Counted from the first letter of the whole stretch, positions 1 through 11,960 are shown. The stretch is 55,564 nucleotides of DNA, filler included, from Sluysia triapertura (GCA_046118255.1; 4 parts of 4 records of this genome joined end to end with filler, not necessarily neighbours in it), one strand, 5' to 3'. Notes: a model not told the origin generated them from the sequence alone. Numbers and translations: made by a program.

Positions 1-170
1 TTTTCAGATATAGTCGAATTTAAATAAAGAGAGAAGGGTTAAAGACTGAGATAGATTTTCACATTGGTATATAAGTTGTAAAATAATAAATTCTACATAT
101 ACAAAAATATTTATTACAATATTAATAATAATTAATAAAAATTTACGTCTTTTACAAGTGAATAAATTGT

Positions 171-172
<2 letters not shown>

Positions 173-212
<40 letters not shown>
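173..212. repeat. (TAA)n microsatellite
   Basis: Direct reading of the tandem TAA run. Confidence 0.95.
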
Positions 213-215
<3 letters not shown>

Positions 216-1493
216 TTTTAATAAATTTATGCTAATAATGAATCAATATTAATACAGATAGTTTCGGCTGAAATTGAATTCTAACATTGTACAACGTGGA
301 ATTTTATATAATTTATTTGTATTGAATTTATAGAATTTTGTATTTGTACATAATCTCTGTGATATTAATTGGTTGAAAATTATAATGGCTGAAATTTAAA
401 TTTCGACTATATCAGTTCAAGACACAAAAAAAGAAAAAAATAAGTAAACAAGAGAAGAAAACAAAGAGAACCGAGAGACCGGTACGTGCATCATCATTCG
501 ACAAAACTTTACGGAATATTTATAACCGCGTCGATTCAGTTGACAGTATCCACGAAAAATTTATTGATTCAGCGAAATTTTTCTAGACATTCTGTAGTAA
601 TACTTACAAACTCAACTATCATTAACTTTAAATTTTGATTTCAGCCTAAGATTGTAAATTTTTTATTATCATTAATTTAACGTTTTATTAAAGGATTAAT
701 TACATTCATATTTTACTATTAATTTTATTGTTTTAAGTGGAAAACTTGTTTATTTAGTCTTCTTTTAAAATCTAATAACAGAAATTGAGAAATAGAATCG
801 GAGAAATTAAGTTAGATATAATCATCGGATATTTAAAGACAAAGTTAGAAAACATTAGAATTGAAATTTACTAATAAATTTGTCAGCGGATCAAAATCGA
901 CATTTATAATAAAGAAACCCAGTAAGCATCCCTCAAAATTAGAATAACGAATACTATGGTAGTTCACTTATAACACTTAAATTATTAGTGACACTAACAC
1001 CTCAAAACTCATAAACCACATAAGAAAATATCTAACTGGAACTGTTATTTTAATATTTTAATTTAATTAGTTAAGTGCTTTTCCTAAATTATCATTCGAT
1101 TTTGATTGGGTACTTAAGATTACTTCAGTTTATTAATCTTTGTGTTACAATATCGACTTCTTGATATCAATTTACATCCGGAAATTGTTTAAATATAAAT
1201 CCCTAATTCAAATTCCTTCTCTATTCTCACATCCAAAAATAAAAAGAAAATAAATTAGTCTTCTACTAAATTTTATCGACGATAAGATAATTAAAAGATA
1301 ATTTTAACAATTTAAAGGAATATTAAAAAAATGTTAATTTAGAATATATTAGTTTTTTTAATTTTGTAAATACATTTTTAGTGATTTAATGTTTGCATTT
1401 AAGAGAAATTTGGACTTAAAATTACCTTAAATATATATTTAATAATAATAATTTTATCATTAAATTCTCTAACCAATATTAATTTCTTATTAA

Positions 1494-1794
1494 CTGTTTG
1501 AGTCCGGCGAAGCGCTATCGCGCTTCACTTGTCGTATGCCAATCATACGGCGCAGCGCGATAGCGCTTTTCTTGTTTTGTATCGATAATGCGAAGATGAT
1601 GCTGTTGGTAAAAAAAGAGTTCATGGAATTTGTGCAGCAAACATTTTTGTAATAAGTGAAAATAAAAAATATTTTTTGATCAAAATTACTTGTTACATAT
1701 TAGTGTTAATTATAACCATTTTCATTGTTCCCCAAAAAAAATATTACGCATATTCTTAGCGTATGTATAAGGAAATTATCTCGCACTCAAACGG
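1494..1794. mobile_element. piggyBac-like MITE (~300 bp)
   Basis: TTAA|CTGTTTGAGT ... ACTCAAACGG|TTAA: TIRs with TTAA on both sides (1490-1493, 1795-1798). Internal GC-rich inverted repeat AAGCGCTATCGCGCT...AGCGCGATAGCGCTT. Confidence 0.75.
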
Positions 1795-2595
1795 TTAATA
1801 ATTTTACTCCTATTGTTACATAAAAATAAATAAAGACAAATTTTAATGTGTTGAAGTACATGAACTAATAGAATACCTTTATATCCTAATGTCACATTTT
1901 GATCTTGTAATATACAAACAAATCAGATAATAGGTGTTACGTTATGGGCACATTTATTATGGTACATATAAATTAGTACAACTTACGATTAACATGAAAT
2001 GATGGATATTTCAACACTTTTAAATTTTGTATTAAAAAGTTTAACAAACAATATCTTTAATATTATTTCTTTATAAAAATTATAGTTAACAATAGTCAAA
2101 ACTTTTGTACTTTCAAATTTTTCGTTAAAACGTTTAGAAAACTATTATTTAATATTTAAAATTTAATATTATTTTTTATCAAAATATTCATTCATAGTAT
2201 TATCAATAATCATTAACACTGATCGTACAACATGAAATCTTCAACAGTTCTATACCTACTAAACAAAATATTTGAATTTTTTTATTTGCACCGATAAATA
2301 GTCATTTTCATCAAAATTCTTAATTCAGCAATGAATCGATTCTTCGATAGTAGTCGTGATAACAAATTCAAATTCTTTAGTAATAATTTCGTATTGATAA
2401 ATTCAATTTCTTCAGTTTAAATTCTTCAATAAATTCTTCAGCTCCGACTTATAATTAATCTTGCCTTCTTAGGAGCGTTTTTTATTTTCAGTAACAGTAT
2501 TTATACAGTTTTTGTTAAGAACAAATAATTAATTTTTGACTTTAAATTTTGTCTGAATATAATTTTTATAATAGTAATAGTTATTATTCAAGTAT

Positions 2596-2597
<2 letters not shown>

Positions 2598-2652
<55 letters not shown>
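2598..2652. repeat. (TAA)n microsatellite
   Basis: Direct reading. Confidence 0.95.
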
Positions 2653-3047
2653 CTTTAATTTAAGTTAATTGTAATTTTAAGTTAAAATAATGTTACTAAT
2701 TTTTAATTACATACTAGTTTTATTCAATCTCAGTTTAACGTAATTTTAACTTACGTATTAAAATGATTTTTATTGGGCTTTACGTTCTTAAAGTTTGATT
2801 TTGCATTCTCTTTATAGATTCTCATTTAAAACGACTATCCATTTAATTTCAATTTAAAATTGGTTAATATTTATTATTAAATTTGAATTTATATTAATTC
2901 TATTAACTCTCATTTTAAGTTGATAAAAGCATTATAATGATAATAATTTTAATTTTTATTTTAAGAAATAAATTTAAATTAAATGGATTTTAGATTTTAT
3001 TTAAAATTTTGAAAGAAAATTAATGAATAATATGTTACTTTTTCCCC

Positions 3048-3487
3048 TCATGGTATGTAAGCTTTATCCCAAAGCTTAAAAGGAAGCTTATGCTTTTCGG
3101 AAAGAAGATTTATATAACGCACTGGATTCTTAGCATATGTTCCAAATGATTTGTAAAAGTTTTTGATCTGTGTTTGTCTTTTGCGTCGACGTTATGAAGT
3201 CAATGCAGGTGATAAATTAGATGGAGGTGGAATAGGTATATTAATATGATATTTTGGTGTCTGACAATATGTGGTAGGTGTAGAAGTTAGCCGAAATTCG
3301 AAGAAATTACGAAAGTAACCTTTAAAGAATAAGGGATAACCTAGTATTTCGGTTCGACAAAGAGCACAGGTTGGAAATTTCGTAGTATTAAATAGACTTA
3401 CTGTGCATTTATAATCACATTTACGATTACAGGAAAACTTTCAACATAACAGTCATTTAAACAATTTTTACAAATTGGACAAGACAT
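3048..3487 (-). pseudogene. Decayed RING-finger (C3HC4-like) protein gene within an LTR element
   Basis: Manual translation: MSCPICKNCLNDCYVES/[frameshift]SCNRKCDYKCTVSLFNTTKFPTCALCRTEILGYP..., giving CxxC...C...CxxC...CxxCR RING spacing, with Arg at the His position. One frameshift and one internal stop. Confidence 0.7.
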
Positions 3488-3691
3488 AAATTATAATTCG
3501 CTAAATATTGAAAATAAAGCGACCAAAAGAAAAATATTAACTGATGTACAATACAATAGTGGGCCGATCATGTGCCGCCGTAAGGTATCGAGATCGGAAC
3601 TTATGAAAACTATAATAAAATGGCATACAATAATAAAAATATAATATTAAGAAAAAATCTGTATATACAAATGCGTTATGAATTAACCTTA

Positions 3692-4012
3692 CTAGTTCAT
3701 CATCATGGAATTGCAGCAACAATTCATTGGATATATAAGTGCTAAACCAGTAATAGGATGAACAACTACACTGTTTAATGCTCCTATGGTATCTAATCCA
3801 TAATGCATGATGTAGGACAATTTCTAATAACTACGAATGTAACTATAATTCTTCGATCGAAAATGTCAACTTCGTTTGCGATTGTTCCAACTACGGGTAC
3901 TGCACGACCCATGCAATTGTAATGATGCGAATTGTTGTATATTGTACGGGGCAGTGGTATCAAGAAGGGCATGAACTAGTTTTTCATTGATTTCTTTGTT
4001 CTGCCATACATA
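3692..4012 (-). pseudogene. Retropepsin (Ty3/gypsy aspartic protease) remnant
   Basis: INEKLVHALLDTTAPYN (ALLDTGA-like) ... CMGRAVPVVGTIANEVDIFDRRIIVTFVVIRNCPTSCI/GLDTIGAL (ILGxD-like). Two frameshifts; lies directly downstream of gag. Confidence 0.75.
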
Positions 4013-4252
4013 AAGTTTGTGGTATTAGGATTTCCTAGCGTTAACAATGGTAATGGATTAGTTATGATTGGACTTTTTTGTCTTACATAGACTTTTTTGG
4101 GTTTCGACCAGCGAAAAATTGAAATAATAATAGAATTCTATTATCAGTAGTTTTATTAATTGAATTGAATAAGTGAGACTTCTTTTAAATAAGATAGTTT
4201 TGCACCGAGATATTTATGTTAAATTTCGGTGTTGTAGTGGTCAGGGAAGTGG

Positions 4253-5366
4253 TTAGTTATCTGAATTATTCCCTTCTACATGAAATTCATTATCGTCATA
4301 GGAATCCGTTGTTATTTCATATGTGAAGTCGTAATCACCTTTTTCATAGGGATAGTTGAAATTTTCTTGGTGATCCTGGCAAATTATTTGACGGTATAAA
4401 TCTTGGTGACCCTCTTCTAGGAAACTGAGTTGGATAATTGTTTCCTGGAGCTGCATGAAATTGTTTGTTACTTTCGTAAGATTTGTAATTGTTTTTATTT
4501 TCAACAAAAGATTTTTTAAATTATTTAACTTATTATAATCACCATTATTTTGCGTGATTTTGGACTATTTGCTTGTTCTTGAACCATGTTTTGTATTATT
4601 GATTTTGGTGTTTCATCGCCATAGCTTACTTATTTTACTTGATCTCTCCATTATAATCTTATTCATTTCAGATATTACATTTATATTATGTTCTTTTTCA
4701 TTGATTTGTTTTTCTAATTCTTGATATCCTTCAGTATTAGAAGCTGTTAATAATGTTCCCATATTCGTTTATATTCATTTAATAAATTTTTGTAAGTTTT
4801 TTAAATTAAATTTCTCTTTTTTCTTCCTTATTCGTTTTGGACGGATACGTTCTTTCTGCTAAGATCCTTAATTGATACGTATTTTCTGCAACTATTGTAC
4901 TCTCTCCCTAAAAAGTCGCTTACTTAAATTCTTTATGTCATCCCCTGCTATATCCTTTATAAAAAATAATTTCAATTTTTCCCAATCTTGTTTTGCTGTA
5001 TCTGGTATAAATTTAAATACATTATCTACGTGACCAGTTAAACATAATACAAATCTTATACATTTTTCATTCATAATCCAACCTAAAATTTCTGCTTCCT
5101 CATAATACTCAGCTAAAAAGTCAAATAATTTATTTTCATTTCCAGAAAATTTCTCTGTTTTAAGCTCTGGTTTATATATTTTCATAGCAGATATAAGCTC
5201 TTCCATCTGCCATATTATCAGTCATTTTCTGCTTATGTGTAGTTTCTTTGGGATTAATTTCTTTGTAATGTAGCACATAATGTAGCGGTTTATATTTATA
5301 TGTTATTACAGGTTTATTCTCTTTATCTGGGTTTGTGTTATAATCAACATAACTTCTAAGTTTCAC
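4253..5366 (-). pseudogene. Ty3/gypsy gag (capsid-like) remnant
   Basis: ORF 4892-5206 KTEKFSGNENKLFDFLAEYYEEAEILGW...KCIRFVLCLTG...KQDWEKLKLFF fits the retrotransposon gag pattern. N-terminal part (5172-5366) is frameshifted; the C-terminal part is broken by stops. Confidence 0.75.
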
Positions 5367-5488
5367 TATTCTAAGGTTCTTTATTCTAAAATCTCAAAGG
5401 TAATATAAAATAGGTAATATAATATATTAAAACTTTTAATAATTTTATTACAACTTTATATTTTATAACTTACTTATGAGCACCGAGT

Positions 5489-5507
5489 ATCCTCAATCTA
5501 GGCACCA
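5489..5507 (-). promoter_or_regulatory. Primer binding site, elongator tRNA-Met-like
   Basis: Minus strand TGGTGCCTAGATTGAGGAT starts 1 nt after LTR end ...TTTTACA. Its complement reads ATC-CTCAA-TCTAGGC-A-CCA, matching T-stem, acceptor strand, discriminator and CCA geometry. A splice-donor-like AAGTAAGT follows. Confidence 0.75.
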
Positions 5508-5508
5508 A

Positions 5509-5895
5509 TGTAAAATGTAAAATTTATAACTTACTTTATTGTACTAATTCAAAATACTTCTGCTAAATACTAGTGCAACTGCTCTAGTGATATTTTCTCT
5601 TAAAAGATTTCTCTTGAGGTACACTTTATCATTAATCGAAGCTTTCTTTATTAGCTTATTCTTAAAATATTCTCTAAACTTCTTTAGTACATCTATTCTG
5701 TCTTCTATCGTGAATTCAGATACTTGTTTAGATGGTTTCAAATGAAAGTGCGAAGTAAGTTTTTATTTTAATATTCGATAAAGAAAATAGAACCTTGCTC
5801 TATTAATAATATGAGCTCAAACGCTAAATTTACATTTTACTAATATAATTTATAATTTCACTTTCCTTTTGGGACTCTATCTTCAACTTGTAACA
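5509..5895 (-). mobile_element. 5' LTR (~387 bp) of the gag-protease-RING element
   Basis: Minus strand TGTTACAAG...TTTTACA termini directly upstream of the PBS. No second copy found in the contig, so the 5895 boundary is inferred. Confidence 0.6.
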
Positions 5896-6036
5896 AATTA
5901 ATGAAGCTAAAATAAACTAAAATTTATTCACTATAACAATTTGAAAGTTATTAGATATATCTACTGAAACAATGATAACAAAAAATATGCAGTGTTTATT
6001 TTTAATGTTCTATCAAAAATTTTTATTTTATCAATA

Positions 6037-7330
6037 TTATTCAGACAAAATATAATATATAATAACATATTTGATAATTATAAAATAACTATTAATTTCG
6101 TATAGACAAACTTTATAAGAATTTAACTTGATTGAAAATATTTCTTTTAAAATTATTTTTAATATTATTCCATAATTTAAAGAGATTTTAAGGTCAACAA
6201 AAGACAAAACTTTACAAGATGTAAATTTATTAATTACTATTACAACTAAAATTTTAATTTTACTTGTCATATATCTACACACTGCATTGATCCTAATCTT
6301 TAATTGAATATCTAAAATAAAAACAACATTTAGATAATTGCAAATATAGACAAATAAAATAATTACGTTAAGACTTTTCGCTAACAAATGAATCATTGTT
6401 ATACTAGACCAATCATCTCGTTTTTGTTTTCCGAAATGACACTTGGTTGTATCGTTTATTATTTCTCGAAATCTATAATAAGGTAGCAGGGATGTTGTTT
6501 CACCAGGTCGATAAGAATCTGTGGTTCTTTCAGTAACCAATCTTGACATAAAACGATGACAGTTCCAAAATCCTATTTTTACTTTAAAATATCTATCTTT
6601 ACTGTAAACTACTACATTTACAGTAACGTACTTTCTGCATTTGTATAAGAGAGACTTAACTAATGGTAACATTAGAAACTGTTCAGGAATCAAACAGAGT
6701 TCCATAAATTGTAATTTCGGATTTTTTGAAAATATCTGTAAACTGACTGTTGCGGTTCGATAATGAGATAGAAATCATGTCCTGATGGACGATTGGCTCT
6801 TTAATGTCTTCAATCAACGTATCATATCTAGTATCCGAATGAATATCTACGAACTGCCAAACGTCTTGTGCAAATATGGCATTCCAAATAAGATCGTATT
6901 TATCAACTTTAATTTCATCCGCAGAACAATAATCTACTACTTTATAATAACCGGTTATTATTTCCCAAGATAATCCAGCATAATTACACATTACCAAAAT
7001 TGAAAGGGCATCTGATACTTTAAAGTCTTTTAATTGAAATAAAACATGCATAGGCACATGTGCTGTCATCCATAGAAATATTAGTCGGGCTTTTTCTATT
7101 GCTTGTAAATTAAATCGATATACCAAATACCAGATTAAATCACGAATGATGGATATTTATTTTGACTTACTAGAATAATATGAGAATCGCCTTTTACGAA
7201 CACTGATGGATCGTCATAAATTTGATGTTTCAAATGACTTGGTGGTCAGGCAGTAGAGCTTAGAACTGTCTACGAAATGTTTTGATGCTAACAGAGACGT
7301 TTGGAATTTATCAAATTTTGTTATCATTGC
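6037..7330 (-). pseudogene. Disrupted cargo ORF with an N-terminal BTB/Skp1-like region (family A, copy 1)
   Basis: ORFs 6683-7126 and 6037-6705 overlap as if frameshifted. RLIFLWMTAH...LKDFKVSDALSILVMCNYAGL resembles Skp1/BTB helices; the GETTxL motif is shared with the region near 45890. Confidence 0.4.
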
Positions 7331-7369
7331 ATTTTTTCTTTTCGTAAAATTTTTGGTACTATATTTTAA

Positions 7370-8729
7370 GTATTAAATTGTGGTAAGTGTATATTTTATT
7401 TATAATTTGGATGTTAATTGGTGGGCAGTTAAAAATTTAGCGAGACGAAATAAAAATACTAATGATTGAGTGAAGAGCCATCATCAGTATTGATATAAAT
7501 GTATTTGCAATGATGAGTATTGTCAATACTGATGATGGTAGATACTCTCATATTTATGTAGTTCGTAAAATTTTCATAATAATAAAGAGATTATTTATAT
7601 GACTAAATAAAATTATAAAATTTAATGTTAATAATAACAATAATGTTGCTGTTATTATTAATACACATTCTTTCTTATCTTACTTCCTTCTTAACACATT
7701 ATAAATTGAAATGGAATAGAAAAATGATAAAATTGAATGCAATAACAACGATAACAAGATGCGCGATGTTCAAGCTATTGTTGTTATTGCATTGCATAAA
7801 CTTGAATTCTTTAAAACTGTACACGATCTTCCTTTGATTCTTCCAGATTTCTTGACATTGTAATAATTTTAAAATGTGTTTAGAACTAAAGTTTCTGAGA
7901 AGAAATTGCTTTGAATGAATTGGTAAGTGTAGTTAGCGTTTCAAGATATGATAGTTGATTTAAGTCGTGACATGAAATAGAGAATGTTAGAATGAGTTCT
8001 TAGATGGTGATTAAAGTTCATAATTGAAAACGACGTTTAGATGTTGGAAGATCGTGGATATAAGGCCTATTGAGAAGATTGAAATTTGGTAAACGTAAAG
8101 AGGCAACTACAATACAACTCTTGGTATATTTAAAATATTATTGTGCAGTGTTTTATGTAATTTGTTTATTTGTTGTTTTTAAAAGGTATTGTATGGAGTT
8201 GATGGTGATTATGCAGAGACAAAAGGTGAATTTAAGGTGTTGTAATTGATTCGAAGTTGTAAAGCAAATAAGTTTAAATGTGGATATTATTTGGTTGTTA
8301 AGGGTGTTGAATTACGTGTTTTGGATAGGTTTGTTGGTAAAAGTTGATGGTATTAGATGTAACTGTGGTTTGTATATTATGAGTTTGTGAATATGGCTTA
8401 GTTTAGGCAAATGAACTATTTTGTAAGTGTGTAAATATTAAAGTGTAAAATGAAGGATTCGAAAGTATTGAGTGGATTATCTCGAAGGTGTTTGCTGTTT
8501 GATTATTATGAATGTCGAGTAACATGTTTTTGGTGGATTAGTTGGTGTAAATTGGTAACGTTGGGTGTAATTGTGATTTGTATGTTGTGGAATTGTGGGT
8601 ATGAATTGATTTTAGTAGGTAAACTGTTTTGTATATATGTAAGAGATGAATGTTTGAGTGTTAGAGTGTAATGAAAAAAGATATTAGTTTTTAATAAAAT
8701 TTTAGTGGTTGTGAAGGTTGGCCACCACA
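7370..8729 (-). mobile_element. Family A LTR-like/leader segment, copy 1
   Basis: Starts TGTGGTGGCCAACC on the minus strand. Clearly homologous by eye to the reverse complement of 43765-44850; strong G/T versus C/A strand skew. Confidence 0.7.
7478..7538. ncRNA. Conserved 61-nt stem-loop (pre-miRNA-sized; function unknown)
   Basis: CCATCATCAGTATTGATA / TGTCAATACTGATGATGG forms an 18-bp stem with one G-T pair. The homologue at 44672-44730 has a compensatory A-T to G-C change. Confidence 0.4.
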
Positions 8730-10936
8730 CTTAACAATATTGGATAGTCGAGTTTTAATAATCAACAAAGTAATGCAAAATGATTTACGTATAATTCAAA
8801 TTTAAATGTGCTACGTTTAAATATTGTAATCCAAATTTGTGTACTGATTTACACAATTTACAGTATGAAAGAGTTTGATTAAAATCGAATCTGAATTATT
8901 AGGAGATATTAACTGTCAACAATTATCTAATTCTACATTTACTCGTCAGAATGAAGATTTCATTCGTGCAATAAGGTGTCACCAATTATTTATTAACATT
9001 AAATTAAATCACAAGTTATGTTGGAACGCTGTACTAAATCCAGCTCCGTCAATACTGACATCAAAAATTATGTGGTTTTCTTAATTATTAACCTACGGCA
9101 AAATAAAAATTGAACAGAGTCCGGTTGCAGTTAGCGTCTTACAACTAGTAGTTGGCAACTGTGTAACTAATAAGTTGAAAATCTTACTACAATTACTTAA
9201 AATATTACGTTTAACACGTTTAGAGGGTCTTAAACTTAAAATATTACAATGAATAAAAACTCAATTAACTTTTGAAGTACATTAAATTAAAGACACACGT
9301 AGAGTAGATTATAAAACAAAATAAAAGATAACAAAATAAAATGTGGTTAATATGTTAAGATTTAAATCCTTTTGGATATTAGATCTGATGGTTTTTAAAG
9401 TTTAAGTATAAAATTTCCCTTCAATATATTGGGGTCCATACTAGAAAATTGATATTATAACTAAAAAATAGGACATCAAAATACCTTAATAATAAAATAA
9501 TTTACCCTTGCATGGAACATAAAATCCTTCGATGAAAAAATTTGACTGCAATCCAATCTGAGCTGTTAGAAAAAAATTCTGTATTCCAAATTGCAAATGG
9601 CGCTGAAAATTTAGCTTGACTGAAAATTTTTTAAAATGGCTACATAATTAAAATGACGATTTTCATTAAACTGATGCTAGTTTATATACTAGAATGGAAT
9701 GTTCTAGAACATTCTATTCTCTTTATAGAAGCAAATTTTCTTTTTAGGAATTTTATTTTCTTTTTTGGAAAATTAATATTTTTAGGTGTTTTGACATTTA
9801 TAAATAATTTTAAAACATTTTGTTTGATTTTAAAGGGTCGTAATGGCAACCTAGCAAAAAATTCACCAGATATAACGAATAACTGTCATCCATCAATGTC
9901 GAAGATTACAATTTATTTTTCTTTAACAAAAAGTGTTTAAAATATTTTATTGCAAAATAGTACTCTGACAGATAGTAATAGTTATCACTACAAACTGCAA
10001 GTTGTTATAAGAATTGGAATTTATGATACATCTAAACCAGCTCCAGATTTGAAATCATCACGGTCTGAGTTGCCACCTTATTTATCTGTCATAATTAATA
10101 AAAACACTGTCAATTAGGTGATATTTTACCAAATAATTCTATTGATAAAGAAAGAAAACGACACCGAATTAATATAACAGAATTTCTCAAATTTAATAAT
10201 AATAATGAATTTATTCGACAATACCTTACATTAGCTTGGTATCAAATACCAGCTCTGTTTATTTTGGAATTTTTTAGAACGTAAAATATCAGTTCACGAA
10301 TATTTAACTAATTTTTGTAACGGTGTCAGTCATCCATGCAATTAATTTAACGGAAATTAAGGGATGAATCTAAAATCAAATTGGATGATACTGAACTTAT
10401 CGTAAATATTTGTTGGGATTGCCCAACTGTAGATCAGAAGATGAGTGAGAAACATGTAAAACTATTAAATGAAAGAAAAACTGATACAAAGTGTTGGAAT
10501 GAACACGGCAAACATTGTTGGAATAAGAATCATGACAAAAAACATTTATAATGATTTTAACAGCTAAAGAATATCTTAAGGTTCCTAAGACCTATATAAG
10601 GGTTCGAGACCTTGTGGGAGCTAGAGATGGACTTGAAGAACTTTTGAAACCTTTGAACTTTAGAACCTATGGATCATTTAAGACCTTAGCAACCTTTAAG
10701 CATTCTTGGAATATCCATAAGCATTTGAGATCCTTAAGTAACCTTATAAAGTGTATAAAATCTTTAAAACGTTTCAGAAATAAAATCTTTTTTCAAAATA
10801 ATTAAGATAAGTTCATTATAGTAATAATTAACATGAAGAAGTAGAAAAATGAATCAGAAAGGTGAAGGTGAAAACATCTAGAGCCTCCTGAATACCTTAT
10901 AAATTACCAAACAATTTTAAAACCTTAATAAAACCT

Positions 10937-11036
10937 NNNNNNNNNNNNNNNNNNNNNNNNNNNNNNNNNNNNNNNNNNNNTTAATTAATTAANNNNNNNN
11001 NNNNNNNNNNNNNNNNNNNNNNNNNNNNNNNNNNNN
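10937..11036. other. Artificial contig linker
   Basis: N44-TTAATTAATTAA-N44, giving stops in all six frames. Confidence 0.97.
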
Positions 11037-11197
11037 ATTTGTATAAATTCTGAAGTAATATTTTGCCTAAAAATTGATACAATTTTATTAAGGAATTCGC
11101 TTCGTTTATAAATCTATCTCGTAAAACAACGAATTTGTTTGGGCTATTTTTAGTTCGCTTCATTCAAAATGATGAAAAAGAAGAAATGGCAGGCATG

Positions 11198-11198
<1 letters not shown>

Positions 11199-11239
<41 letters not shown>

Positions 11240-11344
11240 GTAATTAAAAATATATTTATTATTTTCTTTTAAAATGAGTAAGATTGTATCAAAATTTTAA
11301 TGTTTTATTATTTAAATAAATTTATAACTGTATAATATTTATTC

Positions 11345-11397
<53 letters not shown>
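11199..11397. repeat. Two (TTA)n microsatellites
   Basis: Runs at about 11199-11239 and 11346-11397. Confidence 0.9.
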
Positions 11398-11402
<5 letters not shown>

Positions 11403-11675
11403 ATAAATTATCAATTAAATAGGTTTATGATGATTGTTTTTCATATCAGAGACTGGTTCCGTTCTTAGTAGTCTAATTAAGCTAAAGCCTCCAATTTCTA
11501 CACTTAAAAATAAGTAAAGCGCTTAACACATGAAAGTGTATTTAATGACATATATAAACACAATATAATTTAATTCACTTTAAATAGTACTTACTGATTA
11601 TTTGTACAATTTATTAACTCAACTATATAATGCATAATTATATAATCATATTAAAGCATAAAGAACTGTACAGTG

Positions 11676-11960
11676 TAGTGATTCTCAATCACAGTGCCAC
11701 GAGATTCTTGAATTGTACCGCCACTACTACCACCATTATGTAAACGACGTCAGAAAAGTGTACAATGCGCATGAATATTACAACTTCAGCTACGAGCTTA
11801 TAATATTATATATTGTTTAGTCTACTAGTGGACAGATGGAAGTGTGCATATAGGTACATCAATCAATTAAAGACGTGAAATTCTTTTAAATTTATCTTAT
11901 TGTTACTTTATTTTTGTTATTAAAAGTGTGCCGCAACAAGAAAAATGTTGAGAATCATTG
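11676..11960. mobile_element. hAT/Charlie-type MITE
   Basis: TIRs TAGTGATTCTCAA...TTGAGAATCATTG resemble Charlie CAGTGxTTCTCAA. Subterminal GTGCC(A/G)C motifs; degenerate 8-bp flanks GTACAGTG/GTGTAGCG. Confidence 0.7.

Noticed and set aside
8450-8730. ORFs 8450-8671 and 8506-8730 (also 46525-46818) as genes
   Set aside because: They are by-products of strand-skewed LTR-like composition, with no conserved frame between copies.
10981-11163. 60-aa ORF
   Set aside because: It runs through Ns into the artificial linker.
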